A stretch of 64,000 nucleotides of DNA from Octopus sinensis (lineage: Eukaryota): the NCBI RefSeq assembly GCF_006345805.1, contig NC_043005.1:47244001-47308000 (forward strand). The letters run 5' to 3'. Of this stretch, positions 1 through 12,682 are shown in pieces. Both the position numbers and the translations under genes were made by a program. The notes beneath the pieces are model-generated. The model made no database searches and had not been told where the DNA came from. It was given only the letters and a program-made list of their open reading frames with translations. Within the stretch, counting starts at the first letter, position 1, and each line of letters begins with the position of its first letter.

Positions 1-491
1 GTGCGCGCGTGTATGCCTGTAGCCGGCTTTTACCAACACTATTTAAGCTCATGGATAAAGAAAATAAGAAACGTAACACAAAAAGTAAAATAAAATAAAA
101 CAATGGAAGAGATGAGGGATTATTTAGCCATAATATCTTGGTTTTATATAAATTTATTTGCAGCAAAGACCTTAGCGTACAAATTTCATTATATGAATAA
201 TTCACAGAGGAATGGTTTCATTCCTGCATTCTGAATTCTCAGTTAAAATCAACTTTACCTTTAGTTGTTTAGAGGTCAATAAATTAAGAACCTGCCGATG
301 GAAGTGGGCTGGCAGAATTTTTGTGCGTAAGGGTAGAATCTTTGCAGTTCTTTACATTCTGTTTTAAAATTCTGTCTAGGTTACCCAACGAAAAGGAAAT
401 AAACTCAAGTTCTCCGACAGGCCAAGTGTGGCAACTAGAATAAATCTTCGAAACAATGCCGGCACCAAATGTGTGTGTGTGTGTATGTGAC

Positions 492-524
<33 letters not shown>

Positions 525-565
525 GACCATGTATGTGCTAGTTAAGAGTTAGTAATTTGCTCTCA

Positions 566-813
566 TGTGGAGGCGCGTGGCTTAGTGGTTAGGGTGTCAG
601 CATCATGATTGTAAGATTGTGGTTTCGATTCCTGGACCGGACGACACGTTGTGTTCTTGAGCAAAACATTTCATTTCATGTTGCTCCAGTTCACTCAGCT
701 GGCAAAAATTAGTAACGCTGCGATGGACTGGCATCCCATCCAGCTGGGGAACACATACGCCATTGAAACCGGGAAACCGGGCCCATGAGCCTGGCTAGGC
801 TTTAAAAGGGCGC
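566..813 (+). mobile_element. tRNA-derived SINE with CORE-like body (family A), full length with TSD
   Basis: A-box-like TGGCTTAGTGG and B-box-like GTTTCGATTCC head; CORE-like TTGAGCAAAACATTTCATTTCATGTTGCTCCAGTTCACTCAGCTG; 10-bp direct repeat TAATTTGCTC at 553-562 and 828-837. Confidence 0.85.
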
Positions 814-902
814 ATTTATTTTTTACTTAATTTGCTCCATTGCTTCGTAATTTTTAGAAACCTATGAGTAGGTGTGATTTAAGGGTTAATATTTCCCGAA
901 TG

Positions 903-1065
903 AAGGCTGCGAGCTGGCAGAATTCTTATTTCAAATTCAACCGAGATCCTCTTTGCCTTTCATTCTTTCGGGGTCGACAAAGTAAGTACCAGTTGAACAC
1001 TGGCATCGATATAATCGACTTGTCCTCTCCTCGGAATTGCTGGCTTTGTGCCAAAATTTGAAACC
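903..1065 (+). mobile_element. Meta-like SINE, internally deleted
   Basis: GCGAGCTGGCAGAA head and CTTTCATTCTTTCGGGGTCGACAAAGTAAGTACCAG core shared with many copies in the window. Confidence 0.8.
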
Positions 1066-2509
1066 AATATTTCCCGAATGACGACAAATTATGTTATGTC
1101 CACATAGCACCACTATCTTATTGATGACTGTAGATCGAAAATATTGTAGGCCTAAACTGGTTGGTTTGCTGTGATATGATGAGGTCTACCAAGTCCAAAC
1201 CTGTGATCTTAAAAGGGGATCTTTTTTGAGTAGTTGGTCAAATCCGATGGCTGAAAGTTTGCGCCAATTGATCTGAGATTTTTGGGCGCCTAAAAACTAT
1301 CCAGCAGATGCCTTCTTCGTTTACAAGATATCAAAATACTCGATATCCAATTGAGGGATTTTGCCCACATCAATATCAATATTCAGTTATTCAAAGTCTG
1401 CAGGTTCGTAACCCATTGAAATACGGAATACATATGGTGTTCCTATGATGTAATTTGAGCAGTGTGTTTTCAATGTAAGCTAACTTCTAATTGAAACCAG
1501 TTCTATAAATTACATCGTTATAATAGGTATTTGTCCTATGGAAGATGTTTGCGACTGAAGACAAAGCAGTTACCTACTTGTTCTAATGAAAGGAAATTTG
1601 AAGGATATATGTTCGTGAACAAAATGGGAAAATGTAAATGAATAATCTGAGGGTTTTGCAATGAGTAGTTCTGTTGTTCCTGTTATAGAATTACTTATTT
1701 GATTATATTTTAAATGGATGACTATTAAACACACTTGAATTATTTACCTAATGCACAAATAAATGTAACGTGAAAAGCTTATTACTTTAAATTTTTGAGT
1801 TGCTGTTACCATCTACTCTTTCACGCAATTTCCGTTAACCTAGTTTTACACACAATTTTCGGGTCGATTTGTAGGTTTATTAGAAGGCAGGTTCCCAATA
1901 TGACGCAAAGTGAATCAAACACAGGACTTCATGATTCCGAAGCAAATTTTCAGAAGTATTTGGCCATATCCACACCTTTCACTGTTACTGTTTTGATACA
2001 CAGAAGCACATTTAGAAAAACTTGCTGAGTTTGCGGTAACAGAAAAACCCGAGACTAAAGTATATAGTGTATATCAAATCAATAGTAAATTAAATTGAAA
2101 GCACTAGTCTAACAGTTAATCACACACATGTAACCGTTAAGCCCACTTCCCCAAGATTTCGGGCCTTGTTCCTGTAGTAGAAAGAATTATTATTTTGCAG
2201 AATTAGTTTGCACATCGGGCAAAATGTTTAACGGCATTTCTTCCGACTGTTTACGTACTGTTTAAATTCCACCAAGGTTGACTTTGTTTTTCATCCTTTC
2301 GAGATCGATGAATAAGTATCAGTCAAGTATTGAGACCCATGTAATGATTTTCCTTCCTCTGGAATTATTGGTCTTGTACTAAAATCTGAAATTTACTATG
2401 TTACAAAGCATTACACCTAGCTAAGCCGATAAGTTAATGGCCTGCCTTTCAATGGATAGCTCGTATCGAGTGACTGTTGTGCGTTAAGAGAGTATATAAT
2501 TCACTACTA

Positions 2510-2720
2510 TATACTGTGGCATAGAGGTAAGGGTGCTGGACTCGTAAGACTGTAGTTTCGTTTCCTGAACCGGGTAACGCGTTGAATTTTTGAGCAAAAC
2601 ACTTCATTTCACGTTGCTCCGGTTCACTCAGCTGATAAACACGTGACAGAACTGCGTCCCGTCCAGATAGGGAATTTGTACGCCGGGAAACCAGCCTTTA
2701 TGAGTCGGCAAGACTCCAGA
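2510..2720 (+). mobile_element. Degenerate family A SINE
   Basis: TTGAGCAAAACACTTCATTTCACGTTGCTCCGGTTCACTCAGCTG matches the 566-813 copy. Confidence 0.75.
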
Positions 2721-3009
2721 AAGTAACTTCACCTTTTTTACCATGTTCTATGCTGCGACGAAACTGGAATATAAAATTATTGAACAGTGGCTGAAAACAG
2801 TGAACTAAACAATTATTGATATTGAAATAAAGTTTTAACTCAATACTAACATAGACAAGACAGCTTCTGTAGCGCAGTATTTTTTATATTTTGCCTTTTA
2901 CAAGAACATCCTGTAAGTACTGGGAAGCCTGGAAGTTAATCATTCAGAGATACATTCAATGGCATAAAGCAGGAGATAACAATAACGACAGTGTCAACAA
3001 CAAGCTCAC

Positions 3010-3082
3010 CAGGCACAATAACTTGCGTTTTGCTTCCGCAAACTTATTTTTCCTAATAGCACTTTCGACCTTTGTTATTGCA
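3010..3082 (-). CDS. Candidate internal coding exon, unknown product (AITKVESAIRKNKFAEAKRKLLCL)
   Basis: Acceptor ...tttttgctgaagtag|T, donor CTG|gtgagc; only one frame is open. No homology recognised. Confidence 0.25.
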
Positions 3083-3834
3083 CTACTTCAGCAAAAATAT
3101 TTTCTATACGTCATAGATTTGTATTCTGACATATTAGCTTTCTGATTTCTGCACATAGCGTGTCACAATTTCATTTATTCAACAATTATATTTATTTTAA
3201 AACCCAACTGACATTTTCATAGGAGTTCACATTTACACTTATTTTTCCAACATTAACCGTTTGTATATTTATCTATGCATCACACAACAGTTTTCTGCAA
3301 TCTGTCTATCTGTTTGCGTCTGCTTGCCTCTTTATATATATGTACCTACCTTTTATGTGTATGTGTGAATAACAGAGGGAGCTGGAGAAAGAGAGAGGGG
3401 AAGGGAAGGGACAGACAGACATAGCAGAAGAGAAAAAGTGATTTATGCACTAGAATTATTCTGCCACTAACCTGATCCCGTATCCGACAATAAATAACCA
3501 AAGGTTGTTTATTGTAGGAAATGGTGAAGAACATTTTCGTACACTTAATTCCTGATTCAAAATGAAGTCTCACTTTTTCCTATTATTTATATAGAATGGT
3601 TTATATCATTCCCATGTCATGTATTTTTCGCATCTCTTACTACTTTTTCTCTTATAGGGTCGTACTCTTTTTTTTCTGTTTTTATTTTGCTTGCTCAAAA
3701 GCAAGCAAAGAACGAAAGTATAAATCTTGGATATAAAGTACAAGGTAAATACTAAAATCTAGTTAAAGTTCAATAATTTAGAGACACACATTTTAACATC
3801 TTCATGTCCCATCGGTACCACTTACACTCAATAT

Positions 3835-4046
3835 ATTGCTTTGAAATTTTGACGACAAGACCAGAAATTTCGGGAGGAGAAGGTAAGTTGATTACCTACG
3901 TCAGCGCTCAACTGGTAATTATTTCGTCAACCGCAAAAGGGTGAAAGACAAAAATCGACTTCGGCGGAATTTGTTCTTAGAACCTTGAAGCGGACGAAAT
4001 GCTGCTAAGCATTTTGCTGGATGTACTAACGATTCTGCTAACTCGC
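3835..4046 (-). mobile_element. Meta-like SINE
   Basis: Reverse-complement match to the Meta-like family head and core. Confidence 0.75.
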
Positions 4047-4066
4047 AGTCGTACTTGTTGACAATA

Positions 4067-4118
4067 CAGTAATCCCTCGACTATCGTGGGTGTTACGTTC
4101 CAAAATCCCCCGTGAAAG
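4067..4118 (+). mobile_element. Tigger/pogo-like DNA transposon terminal fragment
   Basis: TA followed by CAGTAATCCCTCGACTATCGTGGGTGTTACGTTCCAAAA, typical of Tigger-type TIRs; no partner TIR seen. Confidence 0.55.
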
Positions 4119-4494
4119 GTTGCATGTGGTGAACATGCTCTCAAGGCATACTACAGGGGACCTATCCAAAACAAGGTTTGGATACTACATTGGATACTTC
4201 ATTTTAAAGTCTCTTATCTAAACTTAAATTTTAAACAAAACCTATATATTTGTCGCACAGGTGGGGACAGTGGTTCGCTCCCTTTCACGCAATATATCAA
4301 ACACAGGTTTTGTGTCGTTAACCAGCTGGAAAAGATATTTTCCTGGAATTAAAATGTAGTAACATAGTTCTTTATTGAACAGCCACACAGAAGCGGCAAC
4401 AAACATTACTATTTAGTATCGTTACTACTTGAATCTTTTTCAGAGATTTTAAAACCAGCTACTTTAGCTTGTTTTACACACACACACATACTCG

Positions 4495-4630
4495 ATTTCT
4501 TTCACATTCCGTCTTACAAGTCCACCCAGAAGGCTTTGGTTGGCCCGAGGTTATAGCAAAAGGTACTTTCCCAATGTGCTACTCAGTGGGACAGAAACCG
4601 GAACCTTGTGCTTTCCAAGCAAACTTCTTA
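4495..4630 (-). mobile_element. Head fragment of family C SINE
   Basis: Matches the 5' part of the 47063-47458 element (TGGCCCGAGGTTATAG...ACTCAGTGGGACAGAAACCGGAACC). Confidence 0.7.
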
Positions 4631-4723
4631 CCACACATCCACGCCTGTAACTAAGATTGATGATTTATAATAACCATGAAAGACTTTGATTTAAGTTCAC
4701 TAATGAACTATACCGATGGGTTT

Positions 4724-4757
<34 letters not shown>

Positions 4758-5250
4758 ACCGAAATCTGCGTCTTATAGACGATGTGGGAAAGAAACAACA
4801 ATGTAAGTACGATAGCTAACTTCAACTGGATTTCAACATTCTTTTTATGTATTAGGCTGACAAGTATTATTGATGATAGGAGAAAAATTAACTTCAGCTC
4901 CACTAAGCACTTTATAGTGAACAATAAATAACGATTACTCCTTCTCTCCTAAAACTAAGAGGTAAGTGGACTGTTCTAGTTGCTGGAACACTCTAGAATG
5001 AAATATGAATGAGAGAAAGAATACTATACTAGACATAAATAAAATCCTCTAGAGCATAGTTTAAGTGGAGCAAAAAAGAGACAGACCAAGAAAATCTCAG
5101 TCAACCTGAAGGACTGAAATGGGCTAACGATTGCGGTTTTTCTACAGGTAAGGGAGAACAAAACTAAGCTATTCGTGGCAGAAACGAGAAAATAAAAGTA
5201 TGATCATCACATACACACACATAAATACGCATACACACATATAAATATAT

Positions 5251-5925
5251 ACTGAGCGTTTGGGCTAAATTTGACAGCTTCCATAAAAGGAGAAGAAAAC
5301 AACATTCCATCCCCCAAAATTTATTTTCATTTTTAGAATAAAAATATCAACTAGATTATGGCTGGGAGATAACATTTTCCTCAATGTAGCCGCCCCCAGA
5401 TTCCACTAAGGCCACAAGACGGCTCCAGCACCCGGCGCATGCGTACTTCATGGTGTCCCTGGAAAACTCTAGCCTCGGACAGTCCCTTGATATTGTGAGC
5501 CAACTCGGCCTTGGTGTAGCAAGCAGAGTGATTGGTACTGTTCTCAACCGCTTCCCACACATAGTAACCCATGGGATTACAACCGAGAGAATTGGGAGGC
5601 CAGAAAATTAGAACAGGTGAAGTCGTATAAATTCTCCGACAACCACTTTTTAATCTTTCCAGAGGTATGGCAAAAAGCCGAATCCTACTGCCACATATGT
5701 ACATGGCCTTCCAGAAGCAACCCTCTCAAAATAAGAATTGACTACAACGTTTAGTAGTTTCACATAGACGATTGAATTGAGTCTAAGGTGCTGTTAGAAG
5801 ACGATGGGATGAATTCTGACTTGTGGACGCTGTCAGAATGCCTGCTGGCCACGGCTTCGTAGTTTCCGTCGCAACTTCTCATATCATGTCTTACAACCTT
5901 TACAGTGTTCGCAGAACATTGGGTA
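5251..5925 (-). mobile_element. maT (DD37D) Tc1/mariner-superfamily transposon remnant, internally deleted
   Basis: Minus-strand WQ*DSAFCHTSGKIKKWLSENLYDFTCSNF/WPPNSLGCNPMGYYVW: 37 residues between the second D and the third (mutated D>G) position; C-terminal ...ACAGCWSRLVALVESGGGYIE; TIR-like end at 5251 next to TA. Confidence 0.85.
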
Positions 5926-5961
5926 GCAGTAATATATATAAACTTTATGCATGTAGGTATG

Positions 5962-6039
<78 letters not shown>

Positions 6040-6041
<2 letters not shown>

Positions 6042-6184
6042 GAAGTAAGCACATGTGAAACAAGACGGAAAAAAGAGTACTCAAATAACAGAGGTAGAGT
6101 AATATGCTTTATTTAAAAGCAGCAGAAATATAACAAAACCTGTTACTCAGAGTTTCACGTTTCCGTTCGTCGGACAGTTTTCTT
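6040..6184 (-). mobile_element. Short Penelope-like terminal-repeat element (family D) carrying a hammerhead
   Basis: Shares AGTACT...GGTAGAGTAATAT(G/A)CTTT...ACTCA(G/T)AGTTTC with 35380-35518 and 55661-55800; abuts a (TA)n tract. Confidence 0.65.
6140..6177 (-). ncRNA. Minimal type-I hammerhead ribozyme motif (U4C core variant)
   Basis: Minus strand: CTGT-CCGACGA-ACG GAAA CGT-GAAA-CTCTGAG-TA-ACAG. Stem I CTGT/ACAG, stem II ACG/CGT with a GAAA tetraloop, near-palindromic stem III, GUA cleavage triplet. Confidence 0.7.
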
Positions 6185-6419
6185 AAATATATATATACAT
6201 ACTTACATGCATACACATATATGTATGTATGTATAGATAGATAGATGGGTACACAGAATTTTGGAAGAGGGCCCTTGCAAGTCTTCCTGATAGATGGAAG
6301 AGCATTGTAGAAAATGAAGAAGAGTATATTTTGAATTAAAAAAGATCTTTATCTTTATTTTGAAAAAAAAATTATTAAAAAAGCTGCATTATTTATGGGA
6401 TGAACCAATATATAAATAT

Positions 6420-6476
<57 letters not shown>

Positions 6477-6704
6477 GTTCGGCCACATACAGTGAGGATT
6501 CTGCACCTTTATTATTAGTCAATGGTTAAGTATGAAACTAACAAATCGATGGTTTGTTAAATTTGGTTAAAAAGTGAGCTATTTGTTCGTATTATGTCTT
6601 ACAAGCAAAAACAAAACAAATGTTTAATCAAACTAAACTAACAACCAATTGGTTAGTTTTATATTAAATCAATTGCTTAATAATGAAGGAGTGGAATTGA
6701 ATTA

Positions 6705-6746
<42 letters not shown>

Positions 6747-7637
6747 ATTAATAATCTAGGCATAATGTCTCTCCCTAGAAACAACAATATATATATATAT
6801 ATATGTAAGTATGTGTGTATGTATACTTATGTATTTTTATGCGTGTGCGTGCCTCTTATGTGCGGGTGCATTTATGCATATATACATTCATGTGTGTGCC
6901 TCAGTGTGTGTGTGTGTGTGTGAGTGTGTATGTGTGTATGACTGTATATCATATACATACCACCTCATATATATGTGTGCATCTATGTTTTTCTGTTTGT
7001 CTAGTTTGCATCTTTCTCCTTAAGGAAATAGCCATAGTTCTTTATTTTTGTCTCTGTATGCCTGACAAGCAATCGTGCACATTCTCGATCTCTCGCTCTC
7101 ACTGAAATCCACACACATCACATATATACAAACACTAGCACAGGGCTGCACATAGTTATTTCTCATTTCTTGATTCTTTTCTTGTCTCTTCTATTGCATA
7201 TGCTTTTTATTTTATTTTTCATTAGTGGCTTTTGTACGGTGACATCTGCAAGTGAAACTATACCTTTCGTTGATATTTTATATGCTTGCTATTCTCTTTA
7301 ATTTCTGACTTTTCATCGATCGGTTTTCCAAAGAAGTATTTTAAACTTGTTATAAGTTACCTTATGATAACCATGAAGTTATGCGTTGACAGGTAAAAAT
7401 GTTTCCTTATATATTATGGATGGCATTCTTTTGGAAAAGACTGACAGCTTAAGTCAGTTTATGAAAAGCGAATAAACGAGAAAAAAAAGAGGTCAATGGC
7501 TTTGCACCAAATCGTATTTAAAACAGCGCAAAATGAAACGCATCTTTTCTTGGCCGACATTCGACTTGCTTTTTCCACTCGGCTCTGAATGTGATTGATT
7601 TAAAAAGAGAACAATGCAGACTTCTCTGTCCAATCTT

Positions 7638-7789
7638 TTAGCTAGAAGCAATTTTTGCTTGACTGTCCATCTTAGTAAAGTTGGTATCGTTGTCCGCGGT
7701 GGCAGTCTCACTATGCGGTGACAGCAATTGTTCAAACTGATATGGTGGCATATACACGTCAAAACAAACTTGCCACTTGATGTCACTTC
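7638..7789 (-). CDS. Candidate terminal coding exon, unknown product (SDIKWQVCFDVYMPPYQFEQLLSPHSETATADNDTNFTKMDSQAKIASS*)
   Basis: 50 protein-like codons after ttgatag|GA in non-repetitive sequence; the acceptor lacks a polypyrimidine tract. Confidence 0.2.
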
Positions 7790-7928
7790 CTATCAATTAA
7801 CTAGATTTTGGCCTCATCTTTCGGATGCACACGATTTTTCATCATTAAAGTAATACATTCGTACATATAGACAAATATGCTATGATGTAGTAGACTACCG
7901 CATATACGTCCGTGTATGTGAATACTTT

Positions 7929-8020
<92 letters not shown>

Positions 8021-8253
8021 GTGAGAGAGATGCAACCGCTCTCTCTTTCTCTTTTATACAAATAAAAATATGACCGTATGAATATATGCTTTTATATTTG
8101 TATCTTCGTATGAATATATATATATATATATATATACATACATACATACATACATACATACATACATACATACATACATACATACATACATACATACATA
8201 CATACATACATACATACATACATACATACATACATACATACATACATACATAC
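7929..8253. repeat. Compound microsatellite (CA)n,(TA)n,(GA)n and (TACA)n
   Basis: Direct reading; (TACA)n spans about 8133-8253. Confidence 0.95.
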
Positions 8254-10241
8254 ACTTATTTAAACGCACATAAAGAAACATGTGCCAATACTTACACAGA
8301 CACACATTTTATGTGTGTATATGTCTGAGTATTTGTACACACACTCACACAAATGTACATATACAAACGTACTTACACACACACACACATACACTCACAT
8401 ATATACATAAACGCGGAAATATGTACTTATACGTATAGAAATATATACTTTGCGCACGATTAAAGTTGCATACGCGTACATAATATATCTAGTGAAGACC
8501 TGTATGTGTTTATATATATATATATATGAACATATTAGTGCACGTGTCTTGCGTATGTATGTATGTACGTATATAGAAGCATAATAGTGTATTAGTATAT
8601 GTGTTGATACCATCTGTTGCTTTAATTTTGGAAACCATTTGTTTATAAATCCTTCTCTGCAGCATGACATAAAATCATGAATGAAAAGTTTGTCTGACAG
8701 ATTCAGCAAACTATTTTATTGACATCTGTATCAAAATATATCTAAAAGCAATACTGGTATTGATGGAAATGAACAGAATCTCAACCGAAAAGCAAATACA
8801 TTTCTTCTACTGTGATAATAGAAGTGTAAAGAAATTATTGTATAGTTTTCGGGATGATTGGATGCGCAAAAAGCTTGGAGGATATTTATATGACCAGTTT
8901 GGTCAAAGTATTAAGATAGCAGAAACACAGTTTCGTGTTTTGTTTCTTTCTATCTTTTCTTGTTTTTCTAATACGTATATTTGAAATAAGGTCTGAACGC
9001 TAAAACTAATTATAATAAAACTACTTTGGGTTTTTCAGACACTCAGCTTTGTCTCACTCTTACTTTACAAATGGAAACCGTCCGGAAATTTCTCCGTAAA
9101 TAAACAAAGAATGTTCAGGATCAGTAAATTCTTCAAAAAGCTATCAAACATATTACTCATTTTACATTCTAACGAAGCTAAATTTGCACGAATATGGTAT
9201 TAATAACCAATATTTCCGTATTATATTTTACATCAAAACAAATATGCATTATATTCTTCATCTAAACGCCATAATAACTCTCAAATACATTATAACTACA
9301 CTAGTATCAAAAGGGTTTTCTTTTCTTTTTGGTTTTGTTTTTTTGTTTTTTTGTTTTTTTTTTACTTTGCCCACCAAGTCCGTTTTGCGGCATATTTTCT
9401 CTTGCTCCATGCTCTAATTTTGTTATACACTCTGCGTTTTTTTAATAGTTAACTATATATGATCTAGTTCACTTTACAAACTACAACAGTGATTTACACA
9501 TGCGTATCACCGGTGATCCTCACGATACGAAACGAACAATATATTCATTCTGTATTGCAGATCTCACCAGCGAAACTCATCTTAAGAACTGTTAGAATGT
9601 TCATTCTACCGCCATTTCTAGATCTTTTCATTTATTTATGATTTTTTTTTTACCTATGTGTTACATTTGAGATTATAGTATATGACCCTCAAAGGTTTAT
9701 TTTTTTTCCCTAAATTATTTTATAGCGAGCAGTGCTCCAGTGATCGAGATGACTGGCTTGCACTCTTTTTGCCATTTCTTATCTCATTTCTTATCTGGAT
9801 TCAAATTGAAAAGTCTTTCGAGAAATACGAAATACAAAGAAGCATATGTTCTGTACATTCCCTAAAATGCGAATATTGTAGTTTGAGTCTCCATAAAAAC
9901 AGCATCACCATCGGGAGTTCACGGTGAATCCCAGGGTATATTAAAATATTACGTAGGGAGTCATCGGCGACTCCCATTGTAGACAAAGTGTTAAAAAAAC
10001 ACTTTGCTTTAATACTTTGTTATAGCTTGAAGTGTGAAATTCAAAACTGACTTCATTGGTACATTACCAGCCTCAAAATTATAGTCATCACCTTGACTTA
10101 TTCTATAAGACATTAGTAAATCCTCAGTGAGATGTAAGGTATGCTAACCAGCAGTAAATTGATGCCATGATGTTGTGCAACGCATTATCATATGTAGCGA
10201 CATTCTACGCTAGTTATGTCTGTGTATTTTGGAATGAATAA

Positions 10242-10460
<219 letters not shown>

Positions 10461-10707
10461 TGTAATATGCTTTTACTTAAAGCTTGATTTAAGCCCAAGA
10501 TCAACTTTGTTTTTCATCACTCAAGTAACGTGTTCGATTATATTGATTAGCCTCTCCCTCACAATTGCTGGTTTTCCACTTAAATCAGAATCGTCATCAT
10601 CATAATCATTATTATTATGTCAATGCAACTGACTAGTCCCCCCCAAAAAAAAATTGAGGCCTTATGCCTGAAGTAGAGAGGATTATTATTATCATTATTA
10701 TCATTAT

Positions 10708-12040
10708 TTTCTCTTTATCACAAGTTTTGTTGGAGCTCTTAGAGTCTTGCATGCGTAGCGGCCTTGCTACCTGCAGCCTACGGTACCATGCTGTTCGTTC
10801 TTTTCAGCTATCTAATACTTTCTTGATTATTCCGACCGTGTCAAGGAGGCAAACCAGTTTATCCCAATTTCCTTCATATTCCTCTTCATGCCTTCTGATA
10901 CTGTTCCCAAGGACCCAACAATAATTAGCACTATCTTCACCCACTTCATTTTCCATAGCCCGGCTATTTCGTACTTAAGAGGACTGTATCCATCAAATAT
11001 ATATAATGTAAATAATGTAGGATTATATCTATCTATCTTTTCACCTTCCTTCTTGACTATTCTCGGTCAAAGGGCCATGCAACGTCAACTATATAGTATT
11101 TGATGCACCTTGTCCACCACCACTAGATCCGCTCTGTTATGATCTGTTTAGTGTGCTCTGTTTGGATTGGGAAATCCCAGAGGATATTGCTAGTCTCCAA
11201 CACTGTTACTTTCTGCGGTTTGTGCTCAAACCACGTCTTGCCTCTCTCTAGCCCTCACTTTTCGCAGTTTCCAGTGTAGTACTTTCGCTACTTGGTCGTG
11301 TCGCCACAACGTGTAGTGATTTTGGGCATGTGTAGGGCATTCGTTCACGATATGGACAATGGTTTTATTCACTCTATTGCAGATGCAGCACAGCAGAGAC
11401 ACTTGCTTATTCCTTAGGCTTACCCTCCAGTTCGCTGACCTTTCAGTGCGCTGCAAGTATAGTGCTCTCGGTTTCTTTTTTTAGGGTTCCTCTCATCAGC
11501 GAATCCCACCTATTTTTTCCAGCAACTTCTGTTGTGGCTAAATGGAATTGATTGTGTAGTCCCGTCTTGCGTAATTCTTCTTCATGTCCATTTTTGACTT
11601 CTTCAATTATTTTCCATTTTTTCTCTACTCTCAATATACCCTCGTTTCTAACTGTCACTTTCCTCCATTTGCTCTTCTCATATATAGGCGATCAATGTCT
11701 GCACGTGGGTGACGGGCTCCACACATCATTAGGAGCTTTCTTGACTTCCTATCCATCTCCTTTACCTCATCCTCTTTCCACTTCAGGATTCCAGCACTGT
11801 CCAGTCCTGCCTCAGTTTTTGTGAAGAACTTCAGGTGGTATATGAATAGCAAATGGTTTAGTTTTCCCTTACCTCTTCCCAGATTATACCCTAATGGGAT
11901 CATTCCCAGCATGAATATCAGTGGGGGCACACTGTCCCCCATGGAAGATTCCTCTCTTGATTTTCACCTCTCCTAGTACTTGCTTCCCTGTTGTCAATTC
12001 CGTTCACCTGTAGTCCATGCTATTCGATATAAGGCTAATT
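10708..12040 (-). mobile_element. Dong/R4-clade non-LTR retrotransposon, 5'-truncated and decayed
   Basis: Minus-strand VLGEVKIKRGIFHGDSVPPL, LNHLLFIYHLK (YxDD motif decayed), DRKSRKLLMMCGARHPRADIDRLYMRRANGG, and CCICNRVNKTIVHIVNECPTHAQNHYTLWRHDQVAKVLHW (CCHC upstream of the REL endonuclease); (TAA)n at both ends. Confidence 0.85.
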
Positions 12041-12042
12041 TT

Positions 12043-12043
12043 A

Positions 12044-12095
<52 letters not shown>

Positions 12096-12115
12096 TACTA
12101 TTATTATTATTGTTA

Positions 12116-12161
<46 letters not shown>

Positions 12162-12170
12162 CATTATTAT
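12043..12170. repeat. (ATT)n microsatellite
   Basis: Direct reading. Confidence 0.95.
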
Positions 12171-12525
12171 CTAATGACGAAATTCTTAGCTCATAGAATG
12201 CTTACTCAATATGATGATCCACATCCTTGGCTATTCTAGAAGCAGTTGTAAGAGACTCTGTTTGCTTATATTCTCTACCTAAATTAAATGTCTTTTTAAA
12301 GTGATGTCAAAAGTTTGGCTTTTTCATTTTTATGTTAATCTACACACGCGCGTGCACCCATACACACACACACATAGATATATATATGCACACATAGGCG
12401 TGAAAAACTGGAGAAAATAGCACTCGAAGTGTATTTTATTGAAATGAAAACTTTTCCGACACTTTTGTAAAAGGTTCACGTTCATGAAACAGTAAGTTCA
12501 CTTATGTTTAACGAAAACACTATAT

Positions 12526-12682
<157 letters not shown>

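Noticed and set aside
566-640. tRNA-like A/B box sequences at SINE heads (also 39573, 43560-43619, 47400-47458, 62850)
   Set aside because: No complete cloverleaf; each continues into a SINE body, so none is a tRNA gene.
1140-1470. Partly open frames on both strands
   Set aside because: Interrupted by stops, with no recognisable motif or convincing splice pair; possibly a very old TE.
2905-2912. 8-nt plus-strand microexon-like signal (tacaag|AACATCCT|gtaagt)
   Set aside because: AAG acceptor, frame-shifting length and no compatible neighbour; it may be chance.
9914-9975. Two small GC hairpins resembling a Helitron 3' end
   Set aside because: No CTRR terminus at the expected distance and no other Helitron feature.
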